Shown: positions 19,291-30,891 of the stretch, in pieces
Layout of the letters: every line of letters starts with the position of its first letter
Position numbering within the stretch: position 1 is the stretch's first letter
DNA from: Stellaceae bacterium
GTDB taxonomy: Bacteria; Pseudomonadota; Alphaproteobacteria; ATCC43930; CGMCC-115725
Assembly (NCBI GenBank): GCA_036008175.1
Contig: DASYOB010000098.1
Span: forward strand, 4,343-68,342
Length of the DNA stretch: 64,000 bases
Reading direction: 5' to 3'
The notes under the pieces: model-generated
What the model saw: only the letters and a program-made list of their open reading frames with translations
What the model was told of the DNA's origin: nothing
Databases searched by the model: none
Made by a program: the position numbers and the translations under genes

Positions 19291-19610
19291 GGAGACGGGC
19301 GCGGGCTCTTGGCGAGGAGACCGCGCCAGCGCAACAGCGAGCGGCTGCACGACGGTTCCAAACCGCTCCGAGCGGGGCCGTCATCGGGCACAGGAGGACC
19401 AAGGCGCACGGTGCGCCAGCAAGCAGGCTCCCGCCGCACCGTGCCGAACCCGATCGCCGCCAGCTGCTCTTCCGCCGTCTTCATGACCTTCGCCCGTAAC
19501 GCCGTCGTTAGGCAACGCATACCGGCGGCCGGGGTTCCGAACTCCCCGTTTCGATTCCCGGCCCCTGCTCTCGCCCGGAACGGGCGGGACGGCGCCAATG
19601 TTGCTGCGGT

Positions 19611-20561
19611 ATGCCTTTCCGCTCCCGCACCGCGCCGTTTTTCGGCGCGATGATCGCCGCCGCCTTCACCCTCTACGGCGCAACCCGGGCGTCGCGACCG
19701 GAACCGCAGCGGAAACAGGCACCGGCGCGGTCCGGCTGGGGCAAAATTCTTGCCAGCGTCTGGGCCAAGCTCGGACGCGACCACGTCTCGATCATGGCCG
19801 CCGGCGTCGCGTTCTACGGGTTGCTGTCGATCTTTCCGGGAATGTCGACGCTGATCTCGATCTACGGGCTCGCGGCCGATCCCAGCATCATCGAGAGCGA
19901 GCTCAACTCCCTCTCCGGCATTCTGCCGCAAGAAGCGCTGAAACTTTTGTCCGACCAGGCGCACGCGCTGATCGCCAATCCGCCGGCGAAGCTCGGCATC
20001 GGTCTTATGGTCAGCCTGCTGCTGACGCTGTGGAGCGCAACCAGCGGCGCCAGCTCGCTGATGCAGGCGCTGACGGCTGTCTACGAGGAAACCGAGGATC
20101 GCAGCGTCGCCAGCTTTTATCTGCAGGCGGTTGCGCTGACGATCGCGATCACGGCGTTCGCCGTGCTCAGCCTTTTCCTGGTCGCGGTGGTTCCGGTGAT
20201 CATCGATCGGCTGCAGCTCCCGGAGGCATCGCGCGGCGCGGTTGGCCTGATCCGGTGGCCCCTGCTCGCCGGGTTGGTGCTGCCGGCCCTCGCGCTCGTC
20301 TACCGCTTCGCTCCGGCGCGGCGAAGCCCATGCTGGTCCTGGTTCAGCCCCGGCACGGTGGCGGCCGCGCTGCTATGGCTGCTCGGCTCGGCCGGATTTT
20401 CGTTCTACGTCGCCCGCTTCAGCTCTTACGACAAGACCTACGGCTCATTGGGCGCGGTGGTGATCCTGCTGATGTGGTTTTATGTCAGCGCCTTCATCGT
20501 GCTCGCCGGCGCCGAGCTCAACTGGGAATACGAAAAGGCGCGCCTACAGCCAAGCGGCTGA
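19611..20561 (+). CDS. YihY/BrkB family inner membrane protein
   Basis: 316 aa. VSIMAAGVAFYGLLSIFPGMSTLISIYGL, six hydrophobic helices, GSLGAVVILLMWFYVSAFIVLAGAELN. Confidence 0.85.
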   Translation: MPFRSRTAPFFGAMIAAAFTLYGATRASRPEPQRKQAPARSGWGKILASVWAKLGRDHVSIMAAGVAFYGLLSIFPGMSTLISIYGLAADPSIIESELNSLSGILPQEALKLLSDQAHALIANPPAKLGIGLMVSLLLTLWSATSGASSLMQALTAVYEETEDRSVASFYLQAVALTIAITAFAVLSLFLVAVVPVIIDRLQLPEASRGAVGLIRWPLLAGLVLPALALVYRFAPARRSPCWSWFSPGTVAAALLWLLGSAGFSFYVARFSSYDKTYGSLGAVVILLMWFYVSAFIVLAGAELNWEYEKARLQPSG

Positions 20562-20563
20562 GC

Positions 20564-20592
20564 CGAGCCCCGGCCGGGACGATCGGGGCTCG
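20564..20592. terminator. GC-rich hairpin between convergent genes (possible bidirectional terminator)
   Basis: CGAGCCCCG - 11 nt - CGGGGCTCG, a perfect 9-bp stem located between the yihY stop (20561) and the stop of the minus-strand gene (20610). No U-tract. Confidence 0.3.
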
Positions 20593-20609
20593 CCCATCAA
20601 ACGAATAGC

Positions 20610-20978
20610 TCAGTACGGCCGAGCCCAATGGGGCTGAGGCGGATACGGATAAGCCGTATAGGGCACCGGGTACGCCTCGTACGACGGGTAAGCTTCGTAG
20701 GAACGGTAGGACTCGTAAGCCTGATAGGCCGGGTAGGCCGGATAAGGCGCTGACCAATCGCCGCCGCGATCGTTCGGTGCGCAGCGGGTGGGCTCCCACT
20801 GGCCACCGACCCAATGGCCCGGCACCGGGTGCCACCCGCCGCCGCAGCCGCCTTCGACCAGGATGATGCCGCCATTCGCCGCCGCTGCAGAATGCGGGGC
20901 GAGCGGCGCCGCCCCGGCCGAGACTGATGCGACGCCGAGTCCGACAGCCGCAGTCAATGCAAGGATTGCCGTGCGCAT
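20610..20978 (-). CDS. Secreted GCG_CRPN prefix-to-repeats type protein with Tyr-periodic C-terminal tail
   Basis: ATG at 20978 is preceded by GGAGA with 6-nt spacing. Signal peptide MRTAILALTAAVGLGVASVSAGA, GGCGGGWHPVPGHWVGGQWEPTRCAPN, then (x-x-Y) repeats PYPAYPAYQAYESYRSYEAYPSYEAY. Confidence 0.7.
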   Translation of the reverse strand: MRTAILALTAAVGLGVASVSAGAAPLAPHSAAAANGGIILVEGGCGGGWHPVPGHWVGGQWEPTRCAPNDRGGDWSAPYPAYPAYQAYESYRSYEAYPSYEAYPVPYTAYPYPPQPHWARPY

Positions 20979-21448
20979 GCAATTTCTCCGTTGGCAGAAC
21001 CTCATGCGCAAAACAACCGGCGCCGGCCAGCTGATCCAGCTTCAACTTTAGCGATAGCCCTCAACCCGCTGTGCGGGCGATCAGGCCCCCCGCATGAATC
21101 GGCCCAGGCGCGCAGGGAGCGCAATCAACCATTCGTCAAGAATAGCCGCTTAGGATTGCCGATCGGCCCAAATAGGCACCGATATGGAAGCATTCTCCCC
21201 TCCCAAAGGTCTGTTCGCTCCTAGGCCCGAGAAAGCGGTGGCCTCCCGCCCCGGGGCGGCGGTTTCCGAATTTCTGGTCACGCTCCAGCTCTCTTTTATG
21301 GGTTGGCTGACCGTTCTGCTGATTTCGCTCACCGTGCTGGGATTGGTCGGCACAAGCTGGGTCCATCTCGGACGGCGCTGATCCGGCCGACGGCAGCGAC
21401 CTCTCAAGCAAACGAGTCTAGCTGCGCTCGCTGCGACCAAGCGGCTGC

Positions 21449-21477
21449 TTGACACAGATGCATACACCCAAATAACC
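21449..21477 (+). promoter_or_regulatory. Candidate promoter for the HlyD/MFS efflux operon
   Basis: TTGACA (21449-21454) - 17 nt - ATAACC, about 115 nt upstream of the hlyD-family start. Pattern match only. Confidence 0.25.
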
Positions 21478-21591
21478 GTGTCGCGCCCGAAAGGGCTTGC
21501 CAAGATGCGGCGCGAGCGGCGCAACGCCGATCTGCTATCTTTCTTTCTGAGACCCTGACGGCCTGCGCCGACGCGGGACGAGGAGCAGACC

Positions 21592-22740
21592 ATGGCGGAA
21601 CAGACCCTGGCCCCCAGCCCCGATAGCGGGCCCGCGTCCTTTGCGCCATCGGCGATCACCGACGCGGAACCCCCGATTGGTCGGTTGCGCCGGTCGAGGG
21701 AGCTGCTTCTCCGCATCGCTATTATCCTGACCGCGGGGCTCATCGTCGTGCTGTTCGCGACGCAATGGGATCGCTGGGTCGGCATCAGCGTCCGTCAGGT
21801 GACCGACGATGCCTATGTGCGCGGCGACATCACCCCGCTCAGCGCCAAGGTCGAGGGTTATGTCAGCCATGTCGCGGTCGACGATTTCGATCGCGTCAAG
21901 AAGGGCGACCTTCTGGTGGCGATCGAGGACGACGATTACCGGGCGCGGGTCGCGCAGGCGGAAGCCGATCTCCTCGGAGCGCAAGCCGCGATCGACAACA
22001 TCAAGGCTCGCAAGGAGGCCCAGCACGCCCAGGTCGCCGAAGCCGAAAGCGCCATCACCGCGACGCAGGCCGATGTACTGCGCACCCGCCAGGAGGCCGA
22101 ACGGCAACGTGCGCTGTTGGCTACCACGTACGGTACCGCCCAAAAGGTCGAGCAGGCGAACGCCGACGAGAAGCGCTTTGCCGCCACCTTGGCAAGCAAC
22201 CAGGCGGCGCTCGACGCGCAACGACGCCAACTCGCCGTGCTCGACACTCAGGAGCTGCAATTGCGCGCCGACGCCAAGGCGAAGCAGGCGGCGCTCGATC
22301 TGGCCAAGATCAATCTCGGCTACACCCGCATCGTCGCGCCGGTGGATGGGATGGTCAGCGAGCGCGGCGTGCGCGACGGGCAATACGCACATTCCGGAAC
22401 CCAGGTGATCTCGGTGGTGCCGCTCGACAACGTCTGGGTCGTCGGAAACTACAAGGAAACCCAACTCACCCATGTCGCGATCGGTCAGCGCGCCGAGATC
22501 CGTGTCGACACCTTTCCGGGTATCGTAATCGGGGCTACGGTCGACAGCATCGCCCCGGCGAGCGGCTCGCAATTCAGCCTGCTCCCACCCGACAACGCGA
22601 CGGGAAATTTCACCAAGGTGGTGCAGCGTATCCCGGTCAAGTTGCGGATCGCCGCTGACAATCCGCTTGCCGGCCATTTGTTGCCGGGAATGTCAGTCGA
22701 AGCGACGATCCTCACCGATACCACGCCGCCACCGCCGTGA
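21592..22740 (+). CDS. HlyD-family secretion/membrane fusion protein (EmrA-like)
   Basis: 382 aa. AGGAG is 6 nt upstream of the ATG. One N-terminal TM helix, coiled-coil middle region, YTRIVAPVDGMV and NFTKVVQRIPVKL motifs. Confidence 0.9.
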   Translation: MAEQTLAPSPDSGPASFAPSAITDAEPPIGRLRRSRELLLRIAIILTAGLIVVLFATQWDRWVGISVRQVTDDAYVRGDITPLSAKVEGYVSHVAVDDFDRVKKGDLLVAIEDDDYRARVAQAEADLLGAQAAIDNIKARKEAQHAQVAEAESAITATQADVLRTRQEAERQRALLATTYGTAQKVEQANADEKRFAATLASNQAALDAQRRQLAVLDTQELQLRADAKAKQAALDLAKINLGYTRIVAPVDGMVSERGVRDGQYAHSGTQVISVVPLDNVWVVGNYKETQLTHVAIGQRAEIRVDTFPGIVIGATVDSIAPASGSQFSLLPPDNATGNFTKVVQRIPVKLRIAADNPLAGHLLPGMSVEATILTDTTPPPP

Positions 22741-24332
22741 CCGTGCAATCGGCGGCTGCCGCGGTACCGGCAGCGGCCAGCAACCGTTCCGAGTATCCGG
22801 TCATCGGCGTCGCGGCGGTGATGCTCGGCGCCTTCATCTCATCCCTCAATACGAAGATAACGACGTTCGGCCTCGCCGACATTCGCGGCGGACTTGGCCT
22901 CGGCTTTGACGAGGGCTCATGGATCAGCACCGTGTTCGGCGCCGCGCAAATGGTCGTGACTCCGGCGGCGGCGTGGATGAGCACCGTGCTCAGCACGCGC
23001 CGGGTGCTGCTCTGGACCGGAACGATTTTCGCCGCCGCCTCGCTGCTGCCGCCTTTCGTGCGCGATTACGACACGCTGATCGCGCTGCAGCTGATCCGGG
23101 GCCTGGCCGTCGGCGCCTTCATTCCCGCGGCGCTCGGCTTCGTGCTGCGTAGCCTGGCGCCGCAATGGTGGATCTGGGGCATCGCCGCCTATGCCTTCCG
23201 CTTTGTCTTCTCGCAAAACATCGCCGGTGCGCTCGAGGGCTGGTACTCGGAGACAGGACACTGGGAGTGGCTCTTCTGGCAGAGCGCGCTGCTGACACCG
23301 GTAATGCTCGTGCTCGTCGTGATCGCGATGCCTACCCGCCCGGTCGATCGCGACCTGCTGCACCGAACCGATTGGATTGGCATCATCTACGCTGGGATCG
23401 GCTTCGGCCTGATCTACGCCGGGCTCGACCAGGGCAACCGGCTCGACTGGCTCAATTCCGGGGTGGTTTGCGGCCTTTTGCTCGGTGGCATAATTCTGGT
23501 CGTGGCCTTTTTCATTCAGGAAGCGCGCGCCCAATATCCGCTTATCCATTTGAGGGCATTGGTGCAACCGACTGTGGCGGTGCCGGCCTTGCTGATTTCG
23601 ATCTACGGCTTCGGATCCACAGCCACAGGGTTCGTGCTGCCCGATTACTTGACCCGCATTCAGGGATTGCGCGACCTGCAGATCGGCGACACGTTGAACT
23701 GGATCGCGCTGCCGCAATTCGTCCTGGTTCCGCTTGTGGCGCTGCTGCTGAAGCGGATCGACGCGCGGCTGCTGCTCGTGCTCGGCTTTGCGACGATCTC
23801 CCTCGGCGCCTGGATGGATACAGGCCTCACGCATGACTGGGCCGGCGGCGACTTTCTTCCCTCGCAATGCGTCTCGGCGGTCGGCCTCGCTTTCGCGATC
23901 ACCGCGCTGATCACCTACGCCATCGCCAACATCACGCCGTCGCAGGCGGCGGCGATCGCGGCGACCATCCAGATCGCGCGGCTGTTCGGCAACGAGATCG
24001 GCAGCGCGGTGATCCAGACCTTTGTGCGCGTCCGCGAGCAGACCTATTCGAACCTGATCGGCTTGCATCTGGTCGCCGGCTCAACCGCCAGCGAGGGGAT
24101 CGCCGCCCAGCTGGCCGGACCGTTCGGCAACCGCCAGACCGGGTCCGGCGATGCGACGACGCAGGGCCTCGGCGTGCTGGCGGCGCGGGTACAGCACGAA
24201 GCCTATGTGCTGGCCTATATCGACGCGTTCTGGCTGACCGCCTGGGTCTCGCTCCTCGGCATCCTGTTGATGCTGATCCTGCGTCCGCCGCCGCCCAATC
24301 CGCTGACCCCGCCGCTACGCCGGATGCCGTAA
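22737..24332 (+). CDS. MFS transporter, DHA2/EmrB-like (14-TM drug:H+ antiporter type)
   Basis: 531 aa with a 4-nt overlap with the HlyD gene. About 14 hydrophobic segments, paired with the MFP as in EmrAB. Confidence 0.9.
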   Translation: MTVQSAAAAVPAAASNRSEYPVIGVAAVMLGAFISSLNTKITTFGLADIRGGLGLGFDEGSWISTVFGAAQMVVTPAAAWMSTVLSTRRVLLWTGTIFAAASLLPPFVRDYDTLIALQLIRGLAVGAFIPAALGFVLRSLAPQWWIWGIAAYAFRFVFSQNIAGALEGWYSETGHWEWLFWQSALLTPVMLVLVVIAMPTRPVDRDLLHRTDWIGIIYAGIGFGLIYAGLDQGNRLDWLNSGVVCGLLLGGIILVVAFFIQEARAQYPLIHLRALVQPTVAVPALLISIYGFGSTATGFVLPDYLTRIQGLRDLQIGDTLNWIALPQFVLVPLVALLLKRIDARLLLVLGFATISLGAWMDTGLTHDWAGGDFLPSQCVSAVGLAFAITALITYAIANITPSQAAAIAATIQIARLFGNEIGSAVIQTFVRVREQTYSNLIGLHLVAGSTASEGIAAQLAGPFGNRQTGSGDATTQGLGVLAARVQHEAYVLAYIDAFWLTAWVSLLGILLMLILRPPPPNPLTPPLRRMP

Positions 24333-24372
24333 CGCCAAGCGATGGCCCCACGGCCCCATTCCCTGTACGTCT

Positions 24373-25089
24373 TCATACCGAGCGGCGACCCTGGCGGTAG
24401 GAGACGACGTAGATCACCACCATGCCCACCGCGAGCGAAAACCAGGTGAGCGCGTATTGCAGGTGGTTGTTCGGTAGTTCGAGCGGGGTGACCCCGCCCT
24501 GGGGCCAGCCGCCCGGGTTCGGGCTGGCATCGGCATCGATATAGAACGGCGCCACGTCATCGAGCCGATCGGCCTTGGCCATCGCCGGCAGGTCGATCCA
24601 GAACCAATAATTCATATCGGCCCGGTTGTCGGGCAGGAACCAGCCCGGCCTCGTCTCCGGCGGCAGCCGCAGCAGTCCGGCGACTCGGACGCTTCCTTCC
24701 AGCTGGCCCGCGCGGCGGGTTCCCGGATCCTTACGCTCGGTCGGGACGAAACCGCGGTTGACAAAGACGATGCGCCCGTCGGCCTCGCGCAGCGGCGTCA
24801 AAACATCGAACCCGGCGTCACCATTGCGCGGTGAGGTCGCACCGAGATAAACCTCCTTGTCATTGAGGAAGACCCCTTCGGCGACGACGTGGCGGAATTC
24901 CATACCGCGCGCCTCGGCAAGAGTGCGAGGCAGCACGGCAGGTGGTGCGGTCACGGCGGCCTCGCGGTGGGCGATCAGACCGCGCTTCCACTGCAGCCGC
25001 TCAAGCTGCCAATACCCGAGTCCAACGCAAATGAGGACGATCGCAATCGTGATCAGCGTCGGCGCCAGGCGCAGCCGACGCCTGCTCAT
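24373..25089 (-). CDS. SURF1 family cytochrome oxidase biogenesis protein
   Basis: ORF 24373..25338 trimmed to MSRRRLRLAPTLITIAIVLICVGLGYWQLERLQWK at 25089. C-terminal NNHLQYALTWFSLA motif. Sits downstream of the cta genes. Confidence 0.85.
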   Translation of the reverse strand: MSRRRLRLAPTLITIAIVLICVGLGYWQLERLQWKRGLIAHREAAVTAPPAVLPRTLAEARGMEFRHVVAEGVFLNDKEVYLGATSPRNGDAGFDVLTPLREADGRIVFVNRGFVPTERKDPGTRRAGQLEGSVRVAGLLRLPPETRPGWFLPDNRADMNYWFWIDLPAMAKADRLDDVAPFYIDADASPNPGGWPQGGVTPLELPNNHLQYALTWFSLAVGMVVIYVVSYRQGRRSV

Positions 25090-25466
25090 GCCGAGGGCGG
25101 GCTGCGCAGCAGGTAATGCCGGTACTGGAGCGCGATCAGGCCGGCCTTGAACGGCCGCAGCAGCAGGATCGCGCCAACCAGGATCACCGGCGCCCAGAGC
25201 AGCAGGTGAACCCAGATCGGCGGCTCGAACCTGAACTCGACGAACGCGGCGAGACCCACCACGATCAGACCGAGAATAAAAATCACGAAGACCGCCGGGC
25301 CATCGGCGGCGTCCTGCGCCGAAAAATCGAGCCCGCAAGCGGGACAGGCCGGGCGAACCGTCAGCAGCCCGGTAAAGAGCTTACCCTCGCCACAACGCGG
25401 GCAACGGCAACCGAACGCGGCATGCGCCAGCGATACCGGGGCAAACCGGCGGGTTTCACCGCTCAA
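25086..25466 (-). CDS. DUF983 domain-containing protein
   Basis: CPRCGEGKLFTGLLTVRPACPACGLDF zinc-ribbon followed by two TM helices. The track ORF start overlaps ctaE. TTG at 25466/25469 is preceded by GGGAGG, so the start is uncertain. Confidence 0.7.
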   Translation of the reverse strand: MSGETRRFAPVSLAHAAFGCRCPRCGEGKLFTGLLTVRPACPACGLDFSAQDAADGPAVFVIFILGLIVVGLAAFVEFRFEPPIWVHLLLWAPVILVGAILLLRPFKAGLIALQYRHYLLRSPPSA

Positions 25467-25492
25467 CAACAGCCTCCCGATGCCCGCGCGCC

Positions 25493-26335
25493 TTACCCGC
25501 CGAGCCCTTCCGGCACGGCGTGCCCCAGCCCCCACCAGTACACGCAAACGAACAGGAACAACCAGACGACATCGACGAAATGCCAGTACCAGGCCGCAGC
25601 CTCCAGACCGAAATGATGGTCCGGCTTGAAATGGCCCTGGGTCGCTCGCCACAGACATACGGCCAGGAAGATCGTGCCGATGATCACGTGGAAGCCATGA
25701 AACCCGGTCGCCAGGAAGAAGGTCGAGGGATAGATGCCATCGGTGAAATGGAAGGCGGCGTGCGAGTATTCGTAGGCCTGGATCGAGGTAAACGAGAGGC
25801 CGAGCAGCACCGTCAGAGTCAGGCCCTGGATGAGCCCCTTCTGATTGCCTTCAAGCAGCGAGTGGTGCGCCCAGGTCACCGTGGTTCCCGACAGCAACAG
25901 GATGAGCGTATTGAGGAACGGGAACTCGAACGGGTCAAAGGGATGGATGCCCTTCGGCGGCCACACGCCGCCTACCGGAAACAGGGCCGACGAGAAAAAC
26001 GCCCAGAAGAAGGCCGAAAAGAACATCACCTCGGAGGCGATGAACAAGGCCATCCCATAACGCAGGCCGAGTTGCACGACGGGGGTGTGGAAGCCTTGGA
26101 AGGTGGCTTCACGAATGACGTCGTGCCACCACACGAACATCGTCGCCAGGACGGCAATAAAGCCGATGATCAGCAGAACCCAGCCGTAGCCATGCAGATA
26201 GAGGACGCCGCCACTGGCGAGTAGCCCCGCGGCGATTGCGCCGACGATCGGCCAGGGGCTCGGATCGAGCAGATGATAGGGGTGCTTGGGCGCAGCATGC
26301 GCGTGAGCATGAGCGTCCGCATGGGTATCGGTCAT
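25493..26335 (-). CDS. ctaE: Cytochrome c oxidase subunit III
   Basis: 280 aa. [12 protein letters not shown]...[13 protein letters not shown]...[17 protein letters not shown]. Confidence 0.95.
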   Translation of the reverse strand: MTDTHADAHAHAHAAPKHPYHLLDPSPWPIVGAIAAGLLASGGVLYLHGYGWVLLIIGFIAVLATMFVWWHDVIREATFQGFHTPVVQLGLRYGMALFIASEVMFFSAFFWAFFSSALFPVGGVWPPKGIHPFDPFEFPFLNTLILLLSGTTVTWAHHSLLEGNQKGLIQGLTLTVLLGLSFTSIQAYEYSHAAFHFTDGIYPSTFFLATGFHGFHVIIGTIFLAVCLWRATQGHFKPDHHFGLEAAAWYWHFVDVVWLFLFVCVYWWGLGHAVPEGLGG

Positions 26336-26354
26336 CTCTGTCCGCCTCGATCGA

Positions 26355-26954
26355 TCAATTTACTGCCGGGTTATTGCCGGGGGCCGGAGCGCGCGGGCTG
26401 GCCGACGCGCTCGGCGCGTCATTCCCGTGCGCCCTGAACATCGTATAGGCGAGGGTTATCGTGCGTACATCGCGGGTCCCCGGATCCTTCAGGAGATCCG
26501 GATCGACGAAGAACACCACGCCCATGTCGCGGCTCTCGCCGGGCCCCAGCCGCTGTTCGGTGAAGCAGAAGCATTGCAGCTTGTCGAAATAGATGCCGCT
26601 CTTGGTCGGCGTCACGTTGTACGTCGCGCTGCCGGTTACGGTCTCGGCGCTGTGGTTGACCGCGCGGAAAAACACCTGGCGCTGTTCCCCGGGATGAACG
26701 CGGACCTCGTTCTGCAACGGACGAAACTCCCAGCCGAGATCGGACGCGGTCTCCGCGTCGAAACGCACGGTCACGACGGCATCGGCGATTTCGGCCGGCG
26801 CCGCCGAGGCGCGCTGAGTGGCGCCGCCGAACCCGGTGGCCTGGCAGAACAGCCGGTAGAGCGGCACCGAGGCAAAAGACAACCCGACCATGCCGAGTGC
26901 GACCGCGGCCAGCAGCAGTACAGTGGTTCGGTTGCGTCGCGAAGGCGGTCTCAT
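26355..26954 (-). CDS. ctaG: Cytochrome c oxidase assembly protein CtaG/Cox11
   Basis: 199 aa. N-terminal TM helix, [16 protein letters not shown]...[13 protein letters not shown]. Confidence 0.9.
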   Translation of the reverse strand: MRPPSRRNRTTVLLLAAVALGMVGLSFASVPLYRLFCQATGFGGATQRASAAPAEIADAVVTVRFDAETASDLGWEFRPLQNEVRVHPGEQRQVFFRAVNHSAETVTGSATYNVTPTKSGIYFDKLQCFCFTEQRLGPGESRDMGVVFFVDPDLLKDPGTRDVRTITLAYTMFRAHGNDAPSASASPRAPAPGNNPAVN

Positions 26955-26958
26955 GACG

Positions 26959-27087
26959 TCAGCCCCCGCCCATCCGCACGAACGAGATCGCGTAAAACAG
27001 CGCCACGAGCGCGAGCAGCACCACGAGGAGCGCGCGATTGCGGGAGCGGATCGTGCGCTCGCGCTCGTTCATGTTCTTCCCGGCCAT
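26959..27087 (-). CDS. Small membrane protein of the cox operon (CoxF-like, 42 aa)
   Basis: MAGKNMNERERTIRSRNRALLVVLLALVALFYAISFVRMGGG. ATGA overlap with the ctaB stop. Its position between ctaB and ctaG matches the coxBAEFGC layout of Bradyrhizobium. Confidence 0.6.
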   Translation of the reverse strand: MAGKNMNERERTIRSRNRALLVVLLALVALFYAISFVRMGGG

Positions 27088-27992
27088 CACCGCACGCCTC
27101 CGCCGACGCGGTCGACGAGCAGCAACGTAAAAATCAGGAACAGATAGAGCAGCGAGAAGGCGAACATCTGCCGGGCGCTGCGGTCGCTTGCATCGCGCCA
27201 TACCCGCACGGCCGTCCCGGTGAAGGCAAGGCTCAACGCGCCGGCGCCGACCGCATAGAACGGTCCGGCGACGCCGAGCAGCCATGGCGCGGCGGTCGCC
27301 GGCCACAGCATCAGCGTATAGAGCAGCATCTGCCGCTTGGTTTCGCGCGCACCGGCAACCACCGGCAGCATCGGGATGCCGGCGTCGGCGTATTCGCCGG
27401 CGCGGTACAGCGACAAAGCCCAGAAATGCGGCGGGGTCCAGAAGAAGATGATCGCGAACAGCGCCACCGCGCCCCAGCCGACACCGCCGGTGACCGCGGC
27501 CCAGCCGATCAGCGGCGGCAGCGCCCCGGCGGCACCGCCGATCACGATGTTCTGCGGAGTGCGCCGCTTCAGCCAGATCGTATAGACAAAAACGTAGAAC
27601 GCGATCGTCAGCGCCAGCAGCTCGGCAGCAACCCAGTTGACCCCAAGACCCATGACGGCTACCGAGCCCACCGCGAGCACGCAGCCGAAGCCCAGCGCTT
27701 CTCCCGGCATCATTCGCCCCGCCGGCAACGGCCGCATGCGGGTCCGCCGCATCACCGCGTCGATATCGCGGTCGTACCACATGTTGATCGCGCCCGAAGC
27801 GCCGGCGCCGATCGCGATGCACAGCACCGCGACACCCGCCAGCACCGGGTGCAGATGGCCCGGCGCGACCAGCAGCCCGACAACGCCGGTGAACACCACC
27901 AGCGACATGACCCGGGGCTTCAGGATCAGAACATAGTCGCCGACCGCCGCGCCGCTCCAGGGCGCAATGGCAGCCGAGGGCAGCTCGCTCAC
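27087..27992 (-). CDS. ctaB: Protoheme IX farnesyltransferase (heme O synthase)
   Basis: 301 aa. NMWYDRDIDAVMRRTRMRPLPAG and UbiA-fold helices. Confidence 0.9.
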   Translation of the reverse strand: MSELPSAAIAPWSGAAVGDYVLILKPRVMSLVVFTGVVGLLVAPGHLHPVLAGVAVLCIAIGAGASGAINMWYDRDIDAVMRRTRMRPLPAGRMMPGEALGFGCVLAVGSVAVMGLGVNWVAAELLALTIAFYVFVYTIWLKRRTPQNIVIGGAAGALPPLIGWAAVTGGVGWGAVALFAIIFFWTPPHFWALSLYRAGEYADAGIPMLPVVAGARETKRQMLLYTLMLWPATAAPWLLGVAGPFYAVGAGALSLAFTGTAVRVWRDASDRSARQMFAFSLLYLFLIFTLLLVDRVGGGVR

Positions 27993-28030
27993 CCCACGCT
28001 CGCTGGTTGGTGCTCGGTCATGCCCCTGTC

Positions 28031-30597
<2,567 letters not shown>

Positions 30598-30891
30598 GTC
30601 CTTGCAGCCCCTTCCGGCGAGGACGTCCCCTGTCTGACGCGGTTCATGTACCGGCCGGGCCGCCGCCCGCTTTTGCCTGGCTAAGGCGGCGGCAATCCTG
30701 GCCGACCCTACACCAAAGCCCGACGGCCGGACAACTCGGTCAGGGCGCCGCTAACTCGTTGCGGCAAGCCGCCGCATAACAGGAAAAACCGGCGCGTGCG
30801 AGACCCACCTGATCGATGCTGCCTTTCGCCTCTGCCTCGCGGCGACCATATTTCCAAGCAAGACTGACGTAATTCCGGATCCGGAGCCCTC

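Noticed and set aside
19531-19547. GGGGTTCCGAACTCCCC, reminiscent of a tRNA T-arm
   Set aside because: The loop is 9 nt rather than 7, and no acceptor, D or anticodon arms can be built around it, so it is not a tRNA or tRNA remnant I can support.
24373-25338. Extended N-termini offered by the track for SURF1 (25338), DUF983 (25658), rsmE (36568), ubiA (36465), pmbA (40866) and lpxL-like (46875)
   Set aside because: The extensions overlap upstream genes and are Arg/Pro-rich. Conserved family N-termini begin at internal starts, several of which form ATGA/GTGA overlaps with the preceding stop.
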